Virus record (IMG/VR): IMGVR_UViG_3300046786_000257
Coordinates: 1 to 42,000 of that record
Source: a virus
Lineage: Duplodnaviria; Caudoviricetes
Direction: 5' to 3' (one strand)
Length of the DNA: 42,000 nucleotides
Positions 17,005 through 25,121 of this stretch are shown one piece after another. The notes under the pieces were generated by a model that worked only from the letters and a program-made list of their open reading frames with translations, made no database searches and was not told the origin of the DNA. A program made the position numbers and the translations under genes. Numbering within the stretch: the stretch's first letter is position 1; the number at the start of each line of letters is the position of its first letter.

Positions 17005-20000
17005 TTGTCTGAGCAAAATATTAATACGAACATAACTGCTACGGCTAATTTTTCTGGCCTAACGTCGCAGTTGCAAGCGGTGACCGCTGAATTAATAAAG
17101 CTCCAAACAACAACCGTAGGACTCAATAAAAACTTACAAAACCAGATAGGCGTCATGAACCGTTCTTTTGCGGATTCAATGACGTCTACTGGCCAATTCT
17201 CAAAACACTTTGTTACGCTTACATCTGATGTTGAGAAGTTCGGCAAGAATCTTGATAGCGGTAGACTAAAGCTAAGCCAGTACTACAACACTTGGCAGGG
17301 TCACGTAAAGAACTCTAACACCCTTATTAAAGATCTAGCAAAGCAACAGGTGATGCTAGAGAATGCAATTATTCAGCCTTTAGGTAAAAATGCACAAGGC
17401 TTAATGCAGTATAACGTAATGGTTCAAAGAGGGCTAGACACTACAAAAGAAAAGATGTCCCTCTTAAGACAAGAGCAAGCTATTGTTAATAAGGTTATGC
17501 AAGATGGTGCAAACCAATTAATTAACTGGGGTAAAAATACCCAATGGGCTGGTCGTCAGTTAACAGTCGGACTCACAGTTCCAATTGCAGCCTTTGGCGT
17601 TGCTGCATCAAAAGCATTTAGAGAAGCTGATCAAGAACTTGTTAGACTAACTAAGGTTTATGGCGGATTAACAGCTGTATCTTCTGCTGAGTTAGCTAAA
17701 GTAAGAAAAGATATCTCTGAAACAGCAAAAGAATTAGCATCGTCTATGGGTGCATCTTATAAAGAAACAATTGGATTAGCAGCTGATATTGCCGCAACTG
17801 GTAAAGAGGGTGTAGACTTAATTGCTGCAACTAAAGAAACAACAAGACTAGCGGTACTTGGTGAGGTTGACAGACAAGAAGCAATGAAAGCCACGCTTGC
17901 AATTCAGTCAGCATTTAAGCAAAACACTGATGAGCTTACAAAATCAATTGACTTCCTCAACTCAGTTGAAAACCAGACTTCTACTAGCCTAGCAGATTTA
18001 GTTGAAGCAATTCCTAAAGCAGGTCCAGTAGTACAAGCAATGGGTGGAAGCATCAAGGATGTTGCGCTCTATTTAACAGCTATGCGTGAAGGCGGAATTA
18101 ATGCAAGCGAGGGTGCTAACGCACTCAAGTCTGCGTTAGCATCATTAGTAAACCCAACCAAGGTTGCTAAAGAAATGTTTAACGGCTTCGGTATTGATTT
18201 AAGCGGGATTGTAACAAAGAATGCTGGAAACTTAACAGAGACAATCCTGCAGCTACAATCTGCATTAGATACTCTTAACCCACTTCAAAAGCAACAAGCA
18301 ATCGAACAGCTATTTGGAAAGTTCCAGTTCTCTAGAATGAACGCATTGTTTGCTAACTTAGGAAAAGAAGGATCTCAAACCCTTAAGGTTTTAGATCTTA
18401 TGAAAGCAAGCTCCTCACAGCTTGCAGACATATCTGCTCGAGAATTAGCGCAGGTCACAGAGTCTGCATCTGGACGATATAAGAGAGCTCTTGAATCTGT
18501 TAAAGCAGATTTAGCAGGAGTTGGAGAATCCTTCCTTAAGATTAATACATATGTACTACAGGCAATTGATGGCATCGTTAAATTCGTTAATCATCTTCCT
18601 GGGCCAATCAAGAGCGTCCTGACATTTGTAGGCGGTCTAACAGCCCTTGCAGGCCCTCTGATCATGCTTACAGGTGTGCTTGGCAACTTCCTTGGATACG
18701 TAATTAAGGGAGTCTTTGCCCTTAAAAATATGGGCAAAGGTAAAGATGGATTTAAGCTATTAACACCAGAAATTATGGCGGCAGCAAAAGCTGGAAACCT
18801 TCTTCATGATTCATTTTATAGCGATGCAAAAGCTACAGAAACATTAAGAGATTCTGTATTTTCATTAGCTGAAGCATTTAATGCTGTTAAGGTGGCAGCT
18901 TTAGAAGCTGGGGTAGCAACAAATAAAGTTATATCTACAGCTCAAGGCAACGTAATAATTTCTCCATCTTCAAGAGCAATTAATGGTGAAAGAGTTGCAA
19001 ATAAAAACAGCCCATTTATTGGAGCTCCATATACAAGAGATATGGTTCACACAAATCCAACTGCAAGCAAGTCTGCAGAGGCAAGAGCAGCAGAAACAAT
19101 TTTCTCAACAGTTCCTGGGCCAAAGCCAGTAAATCAAAAGGTTTCAAATAACCCACAAATTTACATGAACAACGATCTTCCAAAAATTAATGGAATCACA
19201 TCTGTAAATGGAGTATCAACTGGAATAGTTGCTGCAGAGGCAGCAAAGTGGCATGCTATGACAGCGGCTATTGCTACACAATCAGAAGCAGAAATTGCTA
19301 AGCTAAAAACTGAAGTTGCTGCTACAGGAACTGTCACATCAGAATTAAGCGATGCATATCAACAAATGCTTCCAGCTATGTCAGAGCTCACAACACTTGC
19401 TGCTCAAGATGCAGAGATGATTGTCAAAGAACTTCAAGCTGGCACACTAACAGTTGAAGCTGCAAGAGCAAAAATATTCCAGTTAAATGCAACAGTGGAA
19501 GCTATGATGGCGGAAACAGCAACTCAGATTGCAACTGGCATGGGAAGAAATATAAACTTAACTACAGTACCGTTGACAAGCCAGCCAGTAGTATCAGCAG
19601 CTGGCAAATCAAATATGAAAGAGCTTTTTCACAAAACAGAAACATCGGCATTAGCAGATGCAATTGCAAGAAACTTAGGCGTTAGAACATCTGGCGGCGG
19701 ATATAGTATTGAGACTACTATACCTAAGAGACTTAATTCTGGTGGCAAGGTCGGCGGAGTATATAATCCTAATGTTCATGGGGCAGTTGTTCCTGGTGAC
19801 ACATCAATAAATTATGATAATACTCCAGCCAGAGTACCACTTGGTGGATTTGTATTAAATCAAGAAGCTTCAAGAAATAATCCAGAATTAGTAGAACGTG
19901 CTAAAAATGGATATAACGCTGGTGGACAAATTGATGCACTTCTTACTCCAGGAGAAACTGTTGTAGATCCAAGAACATATCAAGAAAATAGATCAGCTTA

Positions 20001-23000
20001 TGATATGGCTAATTCTTCAAGAAAAAGAATTTCATTTAGAAATGCAGGCGGTCTACTCGGTGGACAAGTCGTGCCAAGAAGACTAAATTATGGAGAAGTA
20101 AATAGCGATGCTCAATTAAAGTATTATACAGAGTTCCATACAAGTAAAGACTGGAACCCTTATGCAAGAGCGGGTGCAATTGCAAATGATGCTGAGGCTT
20201 TGGCTAGAAATGGCGTACCATACAAAGAGGCTGTAAGAGAAGCAACTAAATGGTTTGATGATAGATGGGCTAGAACACTTGCTGAAAATGGTGGAGAATT
20301 TAGTCAAGCTAAGTTTACTGAAATTACTCAGGGTAGCTATAAGAACTTTGAAAAAGAATTAAGAAAGAAATATACTCTCAAGAAATCTCTTTCTAAAGAC
20401 TGGAATAAGAGAACAGGTTCTGGCGCTGCCCCTACAAGAAAAGATTGGCAGTACACATCTGGCGGAATCGACATTAATTTAAGAAAAGATATTCTTACTG
20501 AAATGTTGGATGATAAGAACATTAGCTCAAGTGCTGTAAGCAGATTAATTAAGGAGTCTGGAGTTGCAACTTTGCATAGAGCTCATGCAGTCCCAGGTGT
20601 AGAAAACAAGCTTTCAGGATTCAACTACCTTGGCCAGGCAGTTTTGCAGCCAGGCGAAATAAATACATTGGCTAAAGATTTAAATCATTATGGTATTCAT
20701 CCAAACGCTTTCTCATTAGATGTTAATGAGAATAAAAAGTCAATGAATACAGTTGCCAAAAAGCTTGGCTATCTTGACCATGAAGATATGGTTAAGAGCT
20801 TATCTTCAAGACAGTCTGCTCAAGCTAGACCACCAAGAAGATGGGCAGTAAGAAATGGCATGACTGCCATTATGGAAAGATTAGTTAAATCAAGCCCAGC
20901 AGACTTTAGAGCATACATGGCCCGTCCAATGATTGCCAATAGATTGGCAATGAATTCTGGAGGAGAGATCGGTGGAGTTGTAACATCTGGTAAAAAGAAT
21001 TACGGAATCACTATTGGAGAAAGAGGCTTTCCACTATTTAAGGGAAGATACAAATCTCCATTAATGTTGCATCCTGAGCAAGTTAAGCTTCAGGAAAAAA
21101 GAACTGCAGAGCGTTTAGCTAAAGCTCCAAAAGACGCAGAAGGAAGAATTTGGCAGACTCCATTAGAGCTAGCCTATATTAGAGAAGGAAAGATGAGCAT
21201 GGGTAAAAACCCTATGCCAAAATCTTACTATCAAGATTTATCAAATGATGATCCAGCACATGGAGCATTACAGATTGGAAGATATAGACCTCCAATTCAT
21301 GTAAGAAATCAATATGTCGGAGAGCAGATTAGATACTCTTCCCCAACAAACTGGAGAGGGCGAGAGGGAATTTCCTCACCAGCATTTGAAGTTGGCACCC
21401 TTGAAACTAGAGCAAAGTCTGCGTTGTATAAATATATGCAGGGAGATTACTCTGCAATAGATGATCCAGCAGTTCAAAAATATTTATCTACACTAAGAAC
21501 TAAATTCACTGGCACCCTTCATAGAGGAGTTAGACACACATCTAGTCTGCCTCCAGTAATTAGAGATTTAATTCAGCAAGGCAAATGGGCAGAGCTAGTT
21601 GGCAAAGAGTTCATCATGCGTCGCTCATCATGGAGCACAAATAAAGATACGGCAGAAGGATTTGGTCAGCTTCAGCTTATTGCTAATGTGAAAAATAGAA
21701 ATGCGGTACCAGCATCTCAGATTTTCCCAGATTTGACTTTCCAGTCTGCTCAAGGGCCAGTCCCAGTAAATGAAAGCGAAGTTTACATGGGTGGAAAGTT
21801 TAGAGTTGTTGGTGCAGAAAAGAATAAACTTAGACTCCAAGCTATTTATGATGCAGCTCGTGAAAAGGGCGGTCCTGTTAATAAGAGTAGACCATACCTA
21901 GTTGGCGAAAAGGGCCCAGAGCTCTTTGTTCCAAATGCTAATGGAAAAATTGTTCCAGGCTACAACATGGGCGGAATTATTAAGCAACTATTAGTTATGG
22001 CTGGAGTTGGTCAAGCATCCTCTATGGTAGGACAAAAAGTTGGTGGAGTTGGCGGAGAAGCAATATCAACTATTGGTCAACTTTTACCATTCCTCATGAT
22101 GGGCAATGCGGGAATGGGGTCAGGAAGTAAACTAAGTTCTAAGTTGCCATCAAGCTGGAATCAGGCGGCATTTGTAGAATCAAAGGGAGGATCTAGTTTA
22201 GCATCCTCACTTGGTGGAAATACAAAGATGCTGTCTGCGTATGGCGCAAAAATGACACAGTTGGCAACAACAGGTGGAAAATTTGGATCTACAATTGGTA
22301 AGCTAGCCCTAGGCATGAGCAGATTTAATTTGGCTCTTGGTGTAGGAACAACAGCTGCTGTAGTGGCATGGAAGGCTTGGAAGAATCATAACGAACACTT
22401 AAGAGTTGGTGCTCTTCAATATGGCCTTACTGCAGAAGCTGCTAAAAAAGCAGGACTTAAATTTACTGATTACAATCAAAAAATGAAAGATGCAGTTTCA
22501 ACAATTAAAGACCTTAATGAAAAAAATCAATTGATTTATGAAAGCATGACTCAATCTGATACTCCTATTAACCTTACAATAAAACAGTATAAGGCATTGA
22601 AGAAAGAAGTTCAGTCAACTTATGCCGATCAAATTAAACTTATTAATCAGACAAAAGACTCTAAGTCTATAAATAAAGTAGCGCTTGATCTTAAAACTCA
22701 ATTAATTGCAGCAGGAATGTCAGCAGAAGAAGCGACTAAAAAAATCTATACAATGTTTAAACTTTCAAATAAAGCATCTAGTGCCGTTGCTGCAACGGTT
22801 GGCAATACAAGATTTAATCAAATCAGTGACCCTCAAACAGCAGCAGTTGCAGCTGTTGGAGGATATAAGTCTGCATCTAAAGAAGGCGGAGTAGAAGGTG
22901 CAAATGCTGTGAATACTGCATTAACTGCAATTGATACAGGAATTCAAGACAGTATTGAAAGAAGTAAAAAAGCTGCTATGGCTGATAAGACTGGAAACAC

Positions 23001-24669
23001 TAAAGTCCTTACGCAGTATGAAGCAGAATTAAAGATGATTAATAGAATTAATAATTCTAAAAAAGATGGAACCAAAATTACAAAAGACACTATTGATCAA
23101 TTAGCAAAAGAAAATCCTGCTATAAGAGAAATAGCTACCGAACAAGATACAGTAGTAAGCTTATGGCAAAAAATGGATCTAGCTACAAAAGGCTATTCTG
23201 GAAATCTTTCAGAACTTGGCTCAGAAGCTGTAGCTACTTTAAGTAAAATAGCACAGGCTATATCAAATGCAACCATTGCAGCTAATAAAGAAGGTCTTCT
23301 AAAAGATCAATATAACTTATTAGATAAGCTCACTGCACAAAGAGACAAATTACTTAAGGCTGCAAAAGGACAGAGTGTACAACAGCAGATAAATGATAGA
23401 GATGCCCTTGCTGCGCTAAATAAGCAAATTGATAAAAACAATAAGCTTGCTGATGCTAGAAAAAAGGCACTTGATGCTGCAAAACAAGATGCTGATTTAG
23501 CTAGAGCTATTGAAAAGAAAAAGCTTGAAATACAAAGCGCTATTGCTTCTGGAAATGATACACAAGCTCAACAGGCCCAACTGGACATGGAAGGCCTTTT
23601 AAAGCAACAGCAATATGAGTCACAAGTAAAAGCAATTGATAAATCTGTTGAAGATGCAAACGCACCACTTTTAAAACAAATTGAGGCTATACAGAATAAG
23701 CAGCAAAAATTAGCTGATGGCGCCGCTTTAGCTGGAGAAGGTTTATCTAAGCTAAATGACAAAATTGCTACACAGAAAGATAAAATTGATGCAGTAAATA
23801 CTGCTATGACATCATTTAGACTAAATGCAGCGGCTGCTGGAAAGTCTTTAGAGGAATGGGCAAAAGATCCAGATGGAATGAAGCAAGCAACTGCTATAAC
23901 TAATGCTGCAAAAAATGCTGGAGTTAAAACAACGGCAGGACAAAATAGCGTTACATATACTCCAGGAATAGGTCCAGTTGTAAATAAGGTAACAAATTCT
24001 CAAGCGGGACTTGATCTTTTAAAAACAACTCAAGCTGCAGTAGAAAAAGGATTATCTGCACAAAATATGGAAGTTCAAAACTCTGGTGATATATACATAA
24101 ATGGATCAAAACAAACTGTTCAAAAAAATGTTGATGCTGGAGGAAAAGCTTTAAAAACAATAACAGCAAAAATTGAAACAACTGGCTATAGCGCAAATAC
24201 AGTAGGCAAAGGGTCATTAATGGCTGCTGGTGTACCATTGATCAAAGGCGCAATGTTTTTAGACAGTGCTGGTAAGAAGTGGGTAGTAGGAGATCAAAGC
24301 GATAGAATGGGAATGAATTTCCATGTAACGCAAAAGGCTGGATATGGTCTTATGAATATTGATCCAAAGAAGCCTACAATTGTTGGTGACCGTGGACCAG
24401 AGATGATTTTTGGGAATATGGTTATTCCAAATATGGCAAAGGTTCCGTTTGCTGGACCAAGATATGATGTAGCAAAAGCATCTATGAAGATGAAGGATAT
24501 GGGCATGTCATCTTCAAATGGCACATATAACGTAACTCAAAATATTTACGCATCAGACGGAATGGATGTAGAAGCACTTGCAAATATGGTTGTTAAGCAA
24601 ACTAAGTTAGCAATTGGACAAGAAGCTAAGGTTAATGCTAAAATGGTTGGAGTAAAGAGGACAATCTAA
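17005..24669 (+). CDS. Tape measure protein (2554 aa) with internal enzyme-like cassettes
   Basis: TP901-type core (AFREADQELVRL...EGANALKS...IEQLFGK), hydrophobic segments, coiled coils; follows the chaperone pair; TTG start behind AAGGAG. Confidence 0.95.
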   Translation: MSEQNINTNITATANFSGLTSQLQAVTAELIKLQTTTVGLNKNLQNQIGVMNRSFADSMTSTGQFSKHFVTLTSDVEKFGKNLDSGRLKLSQYYNTWQGHVKNSNTLIKDLAKQQVMLENAIIQPLGKNAQGLMQYNVMVQRGLDTTKEKMSLLRQEQAIVNKVMQDGANQLINWGKNTQWAGRQLTVGLTVPIAAFGVAASKAFREADQELVRLTKVYGGLTAVSSAELAKVRKDISETAKELASSMGASYKETIGLAADIAATGKEGVDLIAATKETTRLAVLGEVDRQEAMKATLAIQSAFKQNTDELTKSIDFLNSVENQTSTSLADLVEAIPKAGPVVQAMGGSIKDVALYLTAMREGGINASEGANALKSALASLVNPTKVAKEMFNGFGIDLSGIVTKNAGNLTETILQLQSALDTLNPLQKQQAIEQLFGKFQFSRMNALFANLGKEGSQTLKVLDLMKASSSQLADISARELAQVTESASGRYKRALESVKADLAGVGESFLKINTYVLQAIDGIVKFVNHLPGPIKSVLTFVGGLTALAGPLIMLTGVLGNFLGYVIKGVFALKNMGKGKDGFKLLTPEIMAAAKAGNLLHDSFYSDAKATETLRDSVFSLAEAFNAVKVAALEAGVATNKVISTAQGNVIISPSSRAINGERVANKNSPFIGAPYTRDMVHTNPTASKSAEARAAETIFSTVPGPKPVNQKVSNNPQIYMNNDLPKINGITSVNGVSTGIVAAEAAKWHAMTAAIATQSEAEIAKLKTEVAATGTVTSELSDAYQQMLPAMSELTTLAAQDAEMIVKELQAGTLTVEAARAKIFQLNATVEAMMAETATQIATGMGRNINLTTVPLTSQPVVSAAGKSNMKELFHKTETSALADAIARNLGVRTSGGGYSIETTIPKRLNSGGKVGGVYNPNVHGAVVPGDTSINYDNTPARVPLGGFVLNQEASRNNPELVERAKNGYNAGGQIDALLTPGETVVDPRTYQENRSAYDMANSSRKRISFRNAGGLLGGQVVPRRLNYGEVNSDAQLKYYTEFHTSKDWNPYARAGAIANDAEALARNGVPYKEAVREATKWFDDRWARTLAENGGEFSQAKFTEITQGSYKNFEKELRKKYTLKKSLSKDWNKRTGSGAAPTRKDWQYTSGGIDINLRKDILTEMLDDKNISSSAVSRLIKESGVATLHRAHAVPGVENKLSGFNYLGQAVLQPGEINTLAKDLNHYGIHPNAFSLDVNENKKSMNTVAKKLGYLDHEDMVKSLSSRQSAQARPPRRWAVRNGMTAIMERLVKSSPADFRAYMARPMIANRLAMNSGGEIGGVVTSGKKNYGITIGERGFPLFKGRYKSPLMLHPEQVKLQEKRTAERLAKAPKDAEGRIWQTPLELAYIREGKMSMGKNPMPKSYYQDLSNDDPAHGALQIGRYRPPIHVRNQYVGEQIRYSSPTNWRGREGISSPAFEVGTLETRAKSALYKYMQGDYSAIDDPAVQKYLSTLRTKFTGTLHRGVRHTSSLPPVIRDLIQQGKWAELVGKEFIMRRSSWSTNKDTAEGFGQLQLIANVKNRNAVPASQIFPDLTFQSAQGPVPVNESEVYMGGKFRVVGAEKNKLRLQAIYDAAREKGGPVNKSRPYLVGEKGPELFVPNANGKIVPGYNMGGIIKQLLVMAGVGQASSMVGQKVGGVGGEAISTIGQLLPFLMMGNAGMGSGSKLSSKLPSSWNQAAFVESKGGSSLASSLGGNTKMLSAYGAKMTQLATTGGKFGSTIGKLALGMSRFNLALGVGTTAAVVAWKAWKNHNEHLRVGALQYGLTAEAAKKAGLKFTDYNQKMKDAVSTIKDLNEKNQLIYESMTQSDTPINLTIKQYKALKKEVQSTYADQIKLINQTKDSKSINKVALDLKTQLIAAGMSAEEATKKIYTMFKLSNKASSAVAATVGNTRFNQISDPQTAAVAAVGGYKSASKEGGVEGANAVNTALTAIDTGIQDSIERSKKAAMADKTGNTKVLTQYEAELKMINRINNSKKDGTKITKDTIDQLAKENPAIREIATEQDTVVSLWQKMDLATKGYSGNLSELGSEAVATLSKIAQAISNATIAANKEGLLKDQYNLLDKLTAQRDKLLKAAKGQSVQQQINDRDALAALNKQIDKNNKLADARKKALDAAKQDADLARAIEKKKLEIQSAIASGNDTQAQQAQLDMEGLLKQQQYESQVKAIDKSVEDANAPLLKQIEAIQNKQQKLADGAALAGEGLSKLNDKIATQKDKIDAVNTAMTSFRLNAAAAGKSLEEWAKDPDGMKQATAITNAAKNAGVKTTAGQNSVTYTPGIGPVVNKVTNSQAGLDLLKTTQAAVEKGLSAQNMEVQNSGDIYINGSKQTVQKNVDAGGKALKTITAKIETTGYSANTVGKGSLMAAGVPLIKGAMFLDSAGKKWVVGDQSDRMGMNFHVTQKAGYGLMNIDPKKPTIVGDRGPEMIFGNMVIPNMAKVPFAGPRYDVAKASMKMKDMGMSSSNGTYNVTQNIYASDGMDVEALANMVVKQTKLAIGQEAKVNAKMVGVKRTI
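21400..21852 (+). other. ADP-ribosyltransferase (R-S-E clade) domain inside the TMP
   Basis: ALYKYMQGDY helix, LHRG (R1507), SSWST (S1542-x-S1544), NESEV (E1590-x-E1592), then GKFRVV. Confidence 0.8.
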
Positions 24670-25121
24670 TGACATTATACTTACCAGTTGGTTCCGCTCT
24701 GTTTGTTGATACTTCAATAACCAGCACACCTTCATGGCAAAAACTTACTGAGCATAACCGTCAGCCAGTTGGAATAGACTCTAATAGAATTGAAAAGGTA
24801 CAGAGAACTTCTAATGGAACCCTTAGAAAGATATTCATTGCTGATAAGATTAGCGTCAATACATCCTGGAGTGCTCTTCCCTCATACAGCACAATGACAG
24901 TTGATGCAGGCTGGGGAGCCGAAGACATGAGATCCTTTTATAATGATAAGGGTAAGGGCACCTTTAAGGTTAAGATAGCCTATAACTCATCTAGATCAGA
25001 AGAAAAGCTAATGGCATTTAATTCATTTAACATGACAATGACTAAAAGAAATGTCAAGGAAAAAATTAGCGATACCCCGCAGGCATTTTGGGAGATAAGC
25101 TTTTCATTGGATGAGGTCTAA
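24669..25121 (+). CDS. Distal tail (Dit-like) minor tail protein
   Basis: Directly after TMP; RTSNGTLRK and terminal WEISFSLDEV. Confidence 0.65.
   Translation: MTLYLPVGSALFVDTSITSTPSWQKLTEHNRQPVGIDSNRIEKVQRTSNGTLRKIFIADKISVNTSWSALPSYSTMTVDAGWGAEDMRSFYNDKGKGTFKVKIAYNSSRSEEKLMAFNSFNMTMTKRNVKEKISDTPQAFWEISFSLDEV

Noticed and set aside
18960-19260. RDMVHTNP segment as a third enzymatic cassette in the TMP
   Set aside because: It is non-helical and faintly like the RAH motif, but has no leader repeat and no further catalytic pattern; too weak to call
19729-21981. TMP insert as an intein or homing element
   Set aside because: No intein block A or terminal His-Asn followed by Cys/Ser/Thr; boundaries are Gly-Gly motifs instead
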